Source: Callorhinchus milii (lineage: Eukaryota). From it: 64,000 nt of DNA. The position numbers and the translations under genes were made by a program. The notes below the pieces were generated by a model. That model did no database searches. It was not told the DNA's origin and saw nothing but the letters and a program-made list of their open reading frames with translations. Shown piece by piece: positions 47,301 to 60,690 of this stretch. The first letter of the stretch is position 1, and every line of letters starts with the position of its first letter. The stretch spans positions 68,200,001-68,264,000 of the forward strand of contig NW_024704746.1 in the NCBI RefSeq assembly GCF_018977255.1, in the 5' to 3' direction.

Positions 47301-49389
47301 TTTAGTCACTCAATCTACAACCGTTTGCGGGGACGCTGCCGCGCGCAATTGGCTGCTGCGTTTCGGTCACAAAATTCGCAGTCAATTCATTTTAGAGCAT
47401 ATTCTGTGAAGCGCTTTGAGATGTCCCACCCCCACACCCCCACATACACACATCCACCCCCACACACACACACCCACACCCCCCCACACACACACAGAAC
47501 TGAGCCCTGAGACCTGGTAAAAGCCACTAACAAAATTATAATAATATTTGCATCTGACAGCAGCATCTGACAGAGTTTCTAGGAAATTGCTGCCAAGTGA
47601 CTATTCCTTGTTGGCAGTCAGTCAACATAGATCACTGTTCTATGCAATTGGCTGCCACATTTCGCCCACAAGGTACACTGAAAAGAAATAAAGATAATAA
47701 TAATAATAATAATCCTGGTATTTGATACAGCGCCTCATCGAGTCGTTGAGAAGACTCAAAGCGCTTCACAGAATACACTGTAAAGTTTTGTGTGTTTTGT
47801 GGGTGAAACCTGGCAGCCAATTGCACACACTTAGGGTCCCCACAAACAGCCGTGGGTTGAGTGACAAATTATTATTACATATAATAATAATAATAATAAT
47901 AATCCTTGCATTTGATATAGCGCTTTTCACGTCCTTTTCAAGGAGGACGTCCCAAAGCGCTTCACAGAACACACTGTAAAGTGAATCGACTGTATATCTG
48001 TGGGCGAACGCGGCAGCCAATTGCACACATATATATTCAGATAGCAGCGGCCGGCGGTGTGATTCTGTACTGTACAGCGCGGTGTAACATTGGCTGACTT
48101 TTCCATCGTGACTGTTTTCCCAGCGAGGACAGAGCGCTGTCCTGGCTGATGGGAAGGATGTGGAGGGAGTGACGTACTTCGGGATGGAGTGGAACCAAGG
48201 CAAGCTGGCTTTGCAGGCCGCCAACGGGCTCTACCTCCAGGTCAGGCCAATCGGGCAGGTCATAGCCAGCGCACAGGAGCCTGGTAAGCGAGTGTGTGGG
48301 TGTCTGTGTCTGTGTGTGTGAGCGTGTGTCAGTATGAGTGTGAACATGTCAGTGTGTCAGTCTGAGTGTGATTGTGAGAGTGAGTGTGGTTTGCAGGGTT
48401 AACAGGAGCTGAGGGGGAGGATTCCCTGCCCCCAGTGCCTGGTCCCCCTCCCTTCCAGGTCCTGCCAATGAGACCAGGTTGGGCTGATTGGAAGATATAA
48501 GGAGCATCAGTGCTAATTGTTGGTTACCATCAGGTTCTGATGGTGGGCGCTGTGTGTCTCTGTGTGTTCAGGTGTGGAGCAGGAGTTCACAGTCAGGCTG
48601 GTGAACCGGCCCTTCCTGATCCTGAGAGGCCGACATGGATACATCGGGTCCTCCTATCGATCCGACAAGCTGGTCTGTAACAACAACATGTACGACATCA
48701 TCGTACTGATCCCATGTTCCAGAGGTTTCTACCACTTCCAAGGTGAGAGAGAGAGAGAGGGGGAGGGAGGGAGGGAGGAGCAGGGTGAGAAAACCTCCTA
48801 CGTTACACTCTTTTCCGAGGGAGTGACCATCCCAGTCTCCTTGTGGTTCATTTGACCTCATTGACAAACCCCAGACATGTTCTTGAGATTGGGACCTTAA
48901 TAATCCTTGCATTTGATACTTGTCACAGGGCCTGACATGCACTCTAATAATAATAATAATCATCCTTGCATGTGACACAGCGCCTGATCACGTCTTGGAG
49001 ATGTCTCAAAGCGCTTCACAGGATATACTGTAAAATTTAGTGACTGTATTTTGTGAGTGAAGCCAGTTGCACACTAAGCTCCAGCGGGGGACGCGATGGG
49101 GCCGGTCATAGCACAGCACAGACACGATGGGGGGAGACACTGTATTGGGAGATTGGCTTCTCAAACTGAAACGTTTTCTCCAGGGAAGAACGGGAAGTTT
49201 TGGTCGATGGGGGAGAACTACAACTTTTATGTGTCGGGAGAAAATCCCCTGGATTTCTGTGTGGAGATCCGAGGAGACAACTTGCTGTCAGTGCTGGCCC
49301 CCAACGGCAACTACCTACAGAGCGATCAGAGTGGTATCCTTAGTGCCACTGACTCCACACTCTCCCCTGACTCACTCTGGGAATTCTAG
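44347..49389 (+). CDS. FSCN3: Fascin-3 (actin-bundling protein family)
   Basis: Exons 44347-44592 (start codon uncertain), 45714-46407, 46885-47003, 48124-48283, 48572-48742, 49184-49389; motifs VGLVS, WTPHLAIHPHV, NRPFLILRGRHGYIG, LAPNGNY, terminal LWEF; tail-to-tail with PAX4 as in mammals. Confidence 0.88.
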
Positions 49390-49454
49390 ACTTTACATTA
49401 CAAAGGTCAGTAACACTCGCTTTCTGACAGCCCAAATATATATATACTGTATAA

Positions 49455-49790
49455 ATATGGATAAGCTGTTTTATCTTGTACTGAACAGTAGAACCAGAGG
49501 ACACGGTCCGCAGTTCAATGGGGTTAAATTCAGAACAAATTTGCAGAAACACTATTTCAGTCAGCGAGCAGTAAAGTTATGGAATAGGCTCCTTGGAGAG
49601 ACAGACAGATGGTGGAACCAGAAAGTGTTGATTCTTTCAGATGCAATTTTAGTTTTTTTTAGGAAATAATATCTCGGGGATACAGTATATAGTTTGCATA
49701 TGTGCTTGCCACTGCCAGGATGGTGGAAAGTAAGTGAACTAGATGGACATTGGTCCTCTTTTGTCTAGCAAATTCTTATGTTCCTATATG
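49455..49790 (+). mobile_element. CR1-type LINE 3' end
   Basis: SRTRGH..KFRTNLQKHYFSQRAVKLWNRL. Confidence 0.8.
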
Positions 49791-49894
49791 TTTAACATGC
49801 ATTTATTTATATATGTGTATATATGTGTGTGTGAGTTTGTGTGTGTTTACTAACGTGCGTGTATATATATAATATGTGTGATTTATATATTAGC

Positions 49895-50150
49895 AGCAGC
49901 ACAGACACGATGGGGGGAGGGAGAGAGAGAGAGAGCAGGGAATGGGGTTAGAGTAGAGAGCTCCAGTGGGGGAGCGAGCCCCAGCACAGACACCATGGGG
50001 AGAGAGAGAGAGCAGGGAATGGGGTTAGAGTAGAGAGCTCCAGTGGGGGAGCGAGCCCCAGCACAGACACGAGGGGGGGAGAGAGAGAGCAGGGAATGGG
50101 GTGAGAGAGCTCCAATGGGGGAGCGAGCCCCAGCACAGACACGATGGGCT
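49895..50150 (-). repeat. Tandem copies of the ~70-bp element seen at 22531
   Basis: Reverse complement of the same unit. Confidence 0.88.
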
Positions 50151-51989
50151 GTTCACTCTAGGACTCTAACCCTCCTCTGTTTGTGCCAGCAGGTGCTATG
50201 AGTAACTTAGTGAAATATGGGACCAAACTTGTTGTCAGACATCCTGGCCGAACACGCTGAACTTTGAGCAGGAATGAAGAAGTTCTCTTATCTATTCACA
50301 AGAACTAAAAGTTCTTTCAGTCTTTGAATCGGAGCAATCCATTTGAGGTCACTTTTGAGTCAAACTTTTACTGTACTTTTCTCTCTGGGTGTAGTTAATA
50401 TCTTTAAAGTGCTTCCTCCCACCCCACCTCTGTTCCTTGCCCAGGAACGCTTTCCTTCCATCTCCACCCCATTGCCCACCTCCGACCTTACAGCACCTCC
50501 AAACGCAGCTGAAACCATCTTCCACGTCTTGGTCACCACCTACTTTGACTATTCCGATGACCCCACCCCCCTCGCCTGTCTCCCCAACTCCACTACCCAC
50601 AACTAATTCAAACCTCCACCTCCTGTATACTGCCCACTCTAAATCCAGAGATAGACTGTTGGAATGGAATGTGTGCTCTCGCTCCCCGGAGGGACAGATC
50701 CTGCTTACCTAATTCCGGAAAGTATTAGATTGGCGGGTTGGCAGGAGGCAAGGCTTGGGGGGAGCTCAGAGTGTGCCTTTTGGGTGTAACTACTGGAATC
50801 TAACCAGCTAAAACCACATTGCTTGCCATTGGGTGCACTGCTGGGTTGGTGAGTTGGGTGTGTGTGTGTTGCAATTATTGTGTGTGTGTGTATGTTTACG
50901 GATAATTACTCAGTGGACGTGTATGTGTGTATCCAGATTTGATCAGCCGGGTGTTTGCCCCATTACGGAAACCCATCACCATGTCTCCAAACCAGACTGA
51001 GAGTTCCTCATATGTATGCCACCAATGCATGGAAATTTCCCTGTGTCTGGAACTCTCTCCCTGGAGGGACGCACCCTGTTTACCTCATTCCGGAGAGTAT
51101 TAGGCACAGGTTGACAAGAGCCAAGTCTTGGGGGGCCCAGAGTGTGTATTGGGGTAACTGCTGGAGTCTAAGCAGCTAAACCCACACAGCTTGACCATTG
51201 AGAGCACTGTCTGGCCAAGCTTTCCCGCTGCTTGTCCAGCGAGGACCCCCCTCCCCGTTAGTTAGGGCTTTGGCTGAGGGGTTACCAGGAGCTGAGGGGG
51301 AGGATTCCCCGCCCCCAGTGACTGGTCAGCCCTTCCAGGTCCTGCCGATGGGCCGGGCCGGGCCGTGCTGCCATCAGCAGTGAGTGCCCTGGGACACTGC
51401 GGCCCCTCCCGGCTCAGGAACCGGGGACTGGAGACCGTCACAGAGAGTGGGGGCTCGGTTCCCACATTCCGTCGCCAGGCAGGTCACCTGGGAGCCAGTT
51501 CAGCTCCGAGGAGATCCCCTTTACCTCCCCACAAGGAGGATAGTTTCACCCACAAAACACATTGTCAATTCACTTTACGGTATATTCTGTGAAGATGTGA
51601 CAAGGTGCTCGGTTAGAGCATATGTTCTTATTATTCTCGGGGACAGTCCCAGGATGAGGTATTGCGTCCCTGGGGCCAAATTTGTCCCCGTCTTGAGCTC
51701 CGCCACAAACTAAGTGAGAAAAATAACATGGTAAGACAGAGCCACTCATTGAGGACCGAAACGCAGCCATTAATCCAACACGTTTCTCCAGTAACTGCCA
51801 ACATCAGGAACTGTGGTGAGTTCATTTTTGTTTATATACAGTATGTACTCGCGTCCCCAGATTTGGTTCACAATATGGTCGCCCTAATTACAGGGTCCAC
51901 GCGCTCCGAGACCCCACCCCACGTGAAAGGCACTGAGTAAATGCAAGTTGTTGTTGTTGTGGAAATGTTTCCTTTGCTCGGTTGGCACT

Positions 51990-52430
51990 GACGACCACCG
52001 TTGCCCCGATCCCAGCTGAGACCACGGAGCTCCTGCTGCGGGGCCATTAAACAAACATCCTGACATCCAAGTGGGGAAAGGAGCGGGGGAGGGGGTCCGT
52101 GCCGGGGCGCAGCAACAGGCCGCCGCTTCCGACCGAAACAACAGGAAATGACGCGCACTCTTTCCCGGGAAGAGGAAGTGAGGGGTAATCCATGCCCGGG
52201 AAGGGATGTGACATCACGGTGCCGGGAGAGACGACGAAGGGAGCCTGGTCTGGGGCGGGAACGGGAAGTGCCGGCCCCGTGTCAATCATCCCTGCGAAGC
52301 GGAAACATTGGAAGATGATTATTTTATCCTATCTATTTCCTTGCGTTTGATGCACAGTCACTACACGTTGTAGTGAAATCTTGCAGCTTTCGCGCGTGGG
52401 AGGGGGGGGGCGGACGACGTCCCACAGCAC
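51990..52430. promoter_or_regulatory. CpG-rich promoter-like island with ETS-type motifs
   Basis: High CpG density; CTTCCG, GGAAATGACG, GGAAGTG x2, CGGAAA, CTCTTTCC. Confidence 0.4.
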
Positions 52431-53447
52431 TTTGTAGGGTAGTGACTGCCACTGTGGTGACCGTGTTTTGAAGGTGAAAGCGGCAGCGCTCTCACCTCTG
52501 AGTCGGTCAGAGGTTGTGTGGGTTCAGGTATCATTGGAAACTCGGACAGTCCAAACCCAGACTCCAGTCCAGTGCTGGGGGCGGGCGGGGGGGCGGAGGG
52601 GGGGGGGGCAACGCATTGTCAGAGGTGGTCTGTGCTTGTTCAGGTGGATGTAGAAGATCCCTGGCACTATTTTACAAGAGAGAAACAAGTTTTTCACTCT
52701 CTCTCCCCCCCCCAGATAAAAATTACTCATTCAGTTCCTGGCCGCTGGTGGGGACGCTGCTGTGCGCAAATTGGCTGCCGCGTTTCACCCACAAAAGTCA
52801 CCGCGCTTTTGCAGCCTATCCTGTGAAACCTCATCCGCTTGAAAGTCCGACACTGCGTGATACCAAATGCAGGGATTGCTTATCAACAACAACAATAATA
52901 ATAATAATAATTTGGTCGCTCCGATCCACGAGTGTTTGCACAGTCAATTAATTCACTGTATAGTAAAATCTTGTGAATCGCTTTGCGTCAGAGCCCTCCC
53001 CACGCGGGAAAAGTGTGACATCAAACGCCAGGATTATTATTATTATTATTATTTGTACAATCATCGAATTGATTTCCAGTCTCCTCATTGCTCAGTTGAG
53101 GATTGGAAGAGTACTGGTGCCCTCTGCTGCAGGAAGCACACACGGCAGGCGATGGCTTCGTGTCCGACGCGGGTTCAAATCGAATCATTTTTGCGTTGGA
53201 CCCACTCCGAAAATTAAATTCAGTCCCAAACTCCTCACCCATCTCAACTCATTCTGGTCCAGAATTCCAGGGGCCCCCAAATTCATAATTATCCGTCGTA
53301 ATAATTAGGATACGGATACATGAACCTCGACACAGGGGCTTATCAGGGTGTCAGAATGTCTCAAAGCATTTCCCAGGATTTACTGTAAAGTGTAGTGACT
53401 GTGTAGTTCTGGGCAAACGCAGCAACCAGTTTGTACACAGAGATTGC

Positions 53448-53760
53448 GGAGACCTGTAGCTCAGGGGTTAGAGCACTCGCTTTGCAAGTGAAACATTTGG
53501 GTTCAATTCCAGGCAGGGAAACCTTGGGCAAGTTTCCTTACTCCACATACAGCCTAACAATAATCCCTCCAAAACAAAACAATAATAAATTGGCCACTTT
53601 CAATCCACGACTGTTTGTGAGGACGCTGCTGTGCGCAATTGACTGCTGCGTTTTGCCCACAAATATACAGTCAATTCACTTTACAGTCTATTCTGTGAAG
53701 CGCTTTGAGATGTCGAGAAGACGTAAAAAGCGCTATTTCAAACGCAAGGATTATTATATT
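53448..53760 (+). mobile_element. tRNA-derived SINE
   Basis: Family head, body and tail. Confidence 0.82.
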
Positions 53761-53814
53761 ATAAATGTCCTACAAACAGTCAGTGCAGTGAGTGACCAGT
53801 TTTATTTGGGGGAT

Positions 53815-54078
53815 TGTTGACCAGGACACCAGGAGAGAGAAACTCCCTTTCTCCAATAGTGCCGCGGGATGTTAAACATCCATCTGGACAGGCAGACAGC
53901 AGACAGGGGGTCTCGGTTTAATGACTCATCCGAAGGACGGCACCTCCTACAATGCCACACAGCGCTGCATCGGAGCATCAGCTTAGACTGTGTGATTCCA
54001 AGTTCCGACATGGGGGCTTGAACCCACAACCTTCTGACTCCGAGACGAGAGAGAGCGTTACCGACTGAGCCGGGCTGA
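53815..54078 (-). mobile_element. Second SINE family (DeuSINE-like)
   Basis: Reverse complement of the 7460 element. Confidence 0.72.
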
Positions 54079-54374
54079 CACACATGGGCTCAGAAAGGCG
54101 CTGTATAATAATCCTTTCACCTGATATAGCCCCTTGTCAAAGCGCTTCACAGAATAGACAGCAAAGTGAATTGACTGGACATTTTGTGGGCAGAACGCAG
54201 TGGATTATCACCCGCGGAAAGCGATCCGCCAATTGACTAACCGGGTTCCTACTTACTGCTGGTAAACAGAGGCGTGTGGAGTAAGGAAACTTGCCTGTGG
54301 TTTCGCCCTAATCTGCCTGGGAATCGAACCCGGATCCTCTGGCTCGCGAGGGTTGGATGTAAAGTGTTAGTGTG

Positions 54375-57300
54375 TTACACTGGCTCACCGTGAGCGATGT
54401 CCATGGGGTGGGTCTGGCTGGACCTCAGGCAGGGCTGAGAGGCTGTAGCCCAGTATGTCTCGTACCCACTCGCGAGCGCCCTCCAGCTGTGCGGAGCGGG
54501 ACTCGGGTGTCGCTGTGAGCTGACCGTCCGGTAAACGTCAAACCTCGGAGCCATCAGGGTATCTGGCAACGCAAAGGCCTGGGTTGGCTGCGGAGAAGCC
54601 TGTTGATACTACAATGGAAAGTAAAGGGTTAATCCCCACGATGGTGAGCTCACAGTGGATCAGCCAACTAACAGCACAAGTTCTGATTTCATTATAACAA
54701 TAATAATCCGTGCATTTGAATATAGTACATTATCACGTCTTCAAGACGTCTCCAAGAGCTTCACAGAATATATGGTGAGGTCAATTGACTGTATATTTTG
54801 CGGCAGCCAATTGCGCACAAACCGTCATGGATTGAGTGACCACATTATTTTATTTTTTTAAACTATTATAGAGCTACTAATATCACTTACAAATTCTCAA
54901 GCACTGATATCAATGCATAAGACACACCAGCTAGTGACTGAGGGATATACACAGATATATAGTGGTTAGGGGGCTCGCCTTGCAAGGGAGAGATCTGGGT
55001 TCGATTCCTGGACAGGGCGAAAAGTTTCCTTACTTCACTCTGTTTACCCAACAGTCAGTAGAAACCGCGTTGCCAGCGCCTTGGGACGCCCTCCTGATGC
55101 GAAAGGCGCGATACAAATGTAATTTTGTTGTTGTTGGTCGATTGGCGGATTGCTTTCCGGGGATGAGGATTGCTCAAAAGAAAATGTGATCACTCAATCC
55201 AAGCACGTATGTGCCTACAAAATACACAGTCACTACACTTTACAGTATATTCTGTGAAGACGCTATACGAAATGTGAGTATAATAATTATTATTATGATA
55301 CACTACCTGCAGAGCGAAGCTGTCAGCCAGGGAAGATGGGGGGAAGGTGGGACAGCCCTGAGGGGGGAGCTGTAATGGGTTCACGGCAGCACCACATGTC
55401 CTACCTGGAACAGAGCACAAAGAGCCGGGTCGGTACCTCTCGCGATAGGGTGAGACATGATTCAGAGAGGCAAAGGGTAAGAGACCTTAAGAACATAAGA
55501 ATTTGCCAGACAAAAGAAGACCAAGGTCCATCTAGTTTGCCTTCCACCATCCTGGCAGTCGCTTGACAGAGGCCGTGTCCCAAACTGTACACTGATATTA
55601 TTTCCAAACAGAAATCTGTTCTTGAAAGAATCAATACGATCTTCTGAGTCAGGAGTGCTACAGCACCAACTGAGCCAGGCTGACACCTTTAGATAGAGGG
55701 GTCGTTTCCAGGGGTACATTGGCGAGGCAAGGACGCAGACACAATGGAGTGACTGAGCCGTACCTCTGACAAAGCTGGGTCCATGTTTCACCTTGTCTTC
55801 TCGACGCCACTTTGCCCGTCTGTTGGAAAACCAGACCTAAAGTGAAGAGAAGTAGCTGTTATCAGTGGAGTCCTGTAGCTCAGTGGTGAGAGCACTCGCC
55901 TCGCAAGCGAATGGACCTCGGTTTGATTCCCACACACGCGCCTCTGCAGTAAGTAGGAACCTGGTTGTTAGTCACTTAGCAGATCGCTTTCCTGGGGTGA
56001 TGATCCCTTCAAAACAAAATAATGTGGTCACTCAATCCATGACTGTTTGTGGGACGTTCCTGGGCACAATTAGCAGCTGCGTTTCGCCCACAAAAATACA
56101 CGATCAATCCAGTTTACAGTATGTCCTGTGAAGCACTTTTGAGACATCTCAATGACGTCACGAGGATTATTATTATAAATGAGCCAAGCAAACATTGAAT
56201 GATCCACAAGAGCCGAACACAGTGTACGTTTGTCGACAAGAGGTTTTCTGTTGAATGCACAAAATGTCTTATGAAAAAATACTCTTATAAAGAAGAGCGA
56301 AGACCGAGTTCAGACCCAGCTCTTACCCGGATCCTGGCCTCGGGGATAGACGTTTTGGAAGCCAATTTCTCTCGGGCAAAAACATCAGGATATTGTGTCT
56401 TTGTGAATTCTGAAACCACAGAACAGATATCATCAAAACTTGTTATCATAGAGCACTCGCCCCGCAAGCGAGAGCATCCGATTCGATTCCCGGGCAGGAC
56501 AGGGCGAAACCTCAGACAAGTTTCCTTACTCCACTCACATGCCTCTGTTTACTCAGCAGTAAACAGGAACAGAGTTGTTCGTTGATTGGCAGATTATTTT
56601 TCTGGGGGTAACAATTCCTTTTAAAAAAAAGTAATAAATTGGTCACTCAATCCGCGGCTGTTTGTGGGGACGCTGCTGTGTGCAAGTGGCTGCCGCGTTT
56701 CGCCCACAAAATATACAGTCAATTCACTTTACAGTATATCCTGTGAAGCGCTTTGAGACATCTCGATGACGTGATGAGTTGCTACAACAAATGCAAGGAT
56801 TATTAATATTATTATTATTATGCTCTGCTTTTTCCTACCCTCGATATTTACGCCAAATCTCTTTTAGCTCCTTTACCTTGTTCCAATGCCTCAGATTGCT
56901 CCTGCATAAAAACTGTCCTGTTCCTTTGCTGGGAGTTTGTCTGGACTTTCTGAGCCCCAGGAAAGTCAGACGCCACAGTCTCTGTGGTTTCCTGCCCTCC
57001 GGAACCTAAAACAAATAAAAATAATATAACAATATACTAATAATCCTTACAATTCGATATCGCGCCTTTTATGTCTCAAAGCACTTCACAGAATTTATCA
57101 ATAAATAATAATCCTTGCATATGATAGAGCACCTTATGTCATTGAGACGCCTCAGAGCGCTTCACAGAATATACTGTAAAGTGAATTGGCTGTGGTCGAA
57201 AACATGGCAGCACGGCAATGTCCCACCAACAGGCGTGGAGTGAGTCACCAAATTATTATTAATATTTGTTGAGACTAATTCAGTGCGAAATTCGCTGCCG

Positions 57301-59057
57301 TGTTTTGCCCATAAAGTATACAGCCAATTCATTTTACAGAATATTCTGTGAAGCGCTTTGAGACGTCTCGAAGACGTGATTAAGCCCTGTATCAAATGCG
57401 AGGATTATTATTATTGCTGCTCCGATCCCCAGCGCCTCTGTCACCTCCCATCCACGTCGCTGTTGACATATCCTCAGCTGCAGGATGTTGCAGGTCGGAG
57501 TTCAGGTTCCTCAGGACTCGGTTGATGGAGGAGACCTGGAAATAGACACAGGTCTGTAACTGGCCAACGCCTCTCCCTCCTGTCAGGTTTTCATATAATA
57601 GGTGAATAAATCAGTGTTTTCTGTTCATCATTGTCTATCCACCGTATCATTGTCACCAACATCAACTATACAAACAGCGCCTCAGTACAACAACAACAAA
57701 ATTACATTTATATAGTGCCTTTCACGTCGGGAGGACGTCCCAAGGCGCTGAACAGTGACAATGTTACACAGCTCTATGTGTAGTGACTATTTTTATATTA
57801 TGCACAGTGACTGTTTTTGTAGGTAAACGATGGATGACTGCACGGATGCATGGATGGATGGAGAGAGAAAAAGAGAGAGAGATAAAAGAGAGAAAGATTT
57901 AGATTTACAATGTTCAGTATCCCCTCTGAAGTATTTTTTTCCACTCACGCTGGGAATTTTCCCCTTGCAGCAGATTCCCTGGGAGAGCAGCTTCCCGCGG
58001 ATTTCCCAGGCAAACATAGAGGGGTTTTCCCACTTAAGCTGAGCGATCTTAGCCACCACCTCTGGGGTGGAGAGACGTGGTTTGCTCCCACCAATGGCCT
58101 TTGGTCCAACGGAGCCCGTCTGATAATATCTGCCCAGGATCTTACTCACACAGCCATTGGAGACCTGTGGGTGAGAGACGACAACTAGTTACTGTAGATA
58201 GCTTTGCGATCCCAAACTGTCTGTCCAGTCCTGGCTGATCTCCAACAACAACAACCTACATTTACACGGCGCCTTTCGTGTCAGGAGGACATCACAAGGC
58301 ACTGGACTAGACAGGGATTTGGACCCGAGCTGGAGGTTGGGATCAGGAGGGTGGAGGGCAGGGAGGGTGGGGGTAGGAGAGTGGACAAAGGTGTGGTTGA
58401 AGAGGAGGGTCTTGAGACGGGCCTTGAAGGAGGCGAGGGAGGGGGCGTGACATAGGGACTGTGGGATGGAGTTCCAAAGGGTGGGGGCAGAGAGGCTGAA
58501 GGCCCGACCGCTGATGGTGGAGCGAGCAGGGCAGGGGGACATGGAGCAGGCCGGAGCCCGCTGAGCGGAAGCAGCGGACAGGTCGGTATGGAGTTAGCAG
58601 ATCACAGAGGTAGGGAGGAGCAAGGCCGTGGAGGGCTTTGAAAGCAAGGACGAGGATTTTACCTGTAATATCCGGGCGACATCACATGCCCGAATGCCAC
58701 TCACTGCCAGCTCTATGATTCGCTTTCTCTTACATGTGGGCAAAGGGCGTCCATTCACAAAGACGCCCCCCAGCTGGTTCAAACATCCCTCTCCTGGAGA
58801 ACGAGAGAGAGCGAGGAGATTGAGTCCGCCTTCCGTGCGGGTGTGAACCTCGCGGCTGAAATTCACCGCCAGCCTAGTGTGAATTCCACAGTTCACATAT
58901 ACAAAGTGAGAGGGGAGAAAGAAGACCGATAGAGAGAGAGTCCAAGTGGGGCTTGAACAGAAAGCCTTCTAACACAGAGGCGAGAGAGTGAGAGCCAGAG
59001 TCAGGCGCATCTTAAAATCAAATAGAATTGCTGGAGTTACATACCTTTATGCAGCAT
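54375..59057 (-). CDS. PAX4: Paired box protein Pax-4 (paired domain plus S50 homeodomain, ~355 aa)
   Basis: Exons 59057-59045, 58793-58663, 58164-57949, 57535-57445, 57005-56877, 56409-56327, 55836-55764, 55404-55307, 54608-54375 in frame (1068 nt). [49 protein letters not shown]; divergent from Pax6 and adjacent to FSCN3. The 3' exons are less certain. Confidence 0.92.
56448..56820 (+). mobile_element. tRNA-derived SINE in a PAX4 intron
   Basis: Family body and tail. Confidence 0.82.
58240..58660 (-). mobile_element. L2-type LINE 3' fragment filling most of a PAX4 intron
   Basis: [30 protein letters not shown] and (ttg)n tail. Confidence 0.85.
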
Positions 59058-59532
59058 TGTATCAGATTCAATATCCTGTCCAGTGTAATCTGAGTCCTGT
59101 AGCGTCCAGAGACAGCAAAGACATCACAACTTTAGAAACATTGTAAAGCTCCTCTACACTGTGCGTCCGTCCACACTCCCAGGTCAGGGTTAGAGACACA
59201 GTAAAGCTCCCTCTACACTGTGCGTTAAGAGTAGAGATGTCATGATTTCAGTTCACAAATGAGTTAACAAGTCAGATGCAAAACCCCAAGCGTCACCTTT
59301 AAACTGTTCCCACCACTAGACTAAGAGTATCACACTGTTAGGATAACACAAACGCACATCTGTCAGCAGAGTTACCGACTGGATGTCAGTCAGGACGTTT
59401 CTTACACCACAGTGTGTTTTTACCTTGTAATCTCAATGGTTTATCAATTGTCCCTGAGGGTGATAGCAGCACCTGCTGATTTATTTTTATATACACACAC
59501 ACATATATATATATATATACTCAGATCTCTCT

Positions 59533-59842
59533 TGGAGTCCTGTAGCTCGGCGGTTAGAGCACTAACCTTGCAAGCAAGAATTTTGGGTTCGATTCCCGGC
59601 AGGGTGAAACCTTGGGCAAGTTTCCTTACTCCACACGGCTGATAATAATCCCTCAAGAAAAAAACAGCGATGACAATTTGATCACTCAATCTACGACTGC
59701 TTGTGGGACGCTGCTGTGCACAATTGGCTGCTGCATTTCGCCCACAAATATACGGTCAATTCACTTTACAGTGTATTCTGTGAAGCGCTTTGAGACGTCT
59801 CGAAGACGTAAAAGCGCTATATCAAATGCAAGAATTATTATT
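59533..59842 (+). mobile_element. tRNA-derived SINE
   Basis: Family head, body and tail. Confidence 0.85.
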
Positions 59843-60576
59843 GTAATAATTACGCAGATTCTTACAGCGAAATATCGCAGAGGCACTTGCCACAGATATC
59901 ACACTAAACAAAACTCTCCCTGTCCCCCTCTTTCTCCATCTCTCTCCCACTATATCTCTACTCCCTAACTTTCTCTCTCTCACACACACTTTTTCTCTCT
60001 GCCCCCATCTTCCTCTGCACTGCTTCATATCAGTCTGTCTCTCTCTGACAATTCTCAGATCTGTTTACCTCCCAGCCTCCATCCCCATCTCCCTTCGTCA
60101 GTCTTTCTTTCTCTCTATTTCTCCTCTCTCACTTTGTCCCTTTCCTCTCTCCGATGGTCTCTCTCTAGCCCTCTCTGTCCTCTCTCACTCTATTTTTTTC
60201 TCTCCATCTCTGTCCCTACCCCCCCTCTCTCTCTCTCTCTGTACTCTCTCTCTCCTCTCTGTGTGTGTGTGTGTGTGTGTTTCTGTCTCCCTCACTCTCT
60301 CTCCCTCCCTCTCCATCTGTTTCTCTCCTTCTCTATGTCTCTCTCTCCCTCTTTCCATTTCCCATCAACTCATTCACTCTTATTGGGGACTTTTATCAAT
60401 CAAATCGAACTTTTACAACTCAATCGATCCAGACTATCTCTCTCTCTCTCTCTGTCTCTCTCTCTCTCTCTGGAGTGTGATTCCCTGCTCTACAAACCCT
60501 GACAGCCAGTCAGTGTTGGGAGGTTGATCCGCAGTAAGTGTTTAACAACAGGAGAAAGGAATGAGAGGGCAGTTAC

Positions 60577-60690
60577 CTTACAACACACAGTCAGTGTCCT
60601 GTGCCTCTCAGTGACTCTGTCCCACTGCTGTCCTCATACCCACTGGAGCCCCAGTTAAACCAGTCCCTTGTTCCTGCCTCTATTTAACCC
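60577..60690 (-). promoter_or_regulatory. Putative PAX4 core promoter and non-coding exon 1
   Basis: TTAAATAG at ~60687; donor AAG|gtaact at ~60577; ATG exon has an acceptor near 59096. Confidence 0.4.

Noticed and set aside
58165-58662. PAX4 intron nearly filled by an L2 starting at the donor, a possible second TE-made intron
   Set aside because: The ILQ|VSN intron position is ancestral in Pax4/6 genes, and non-TE sequence precedes the acceptor.
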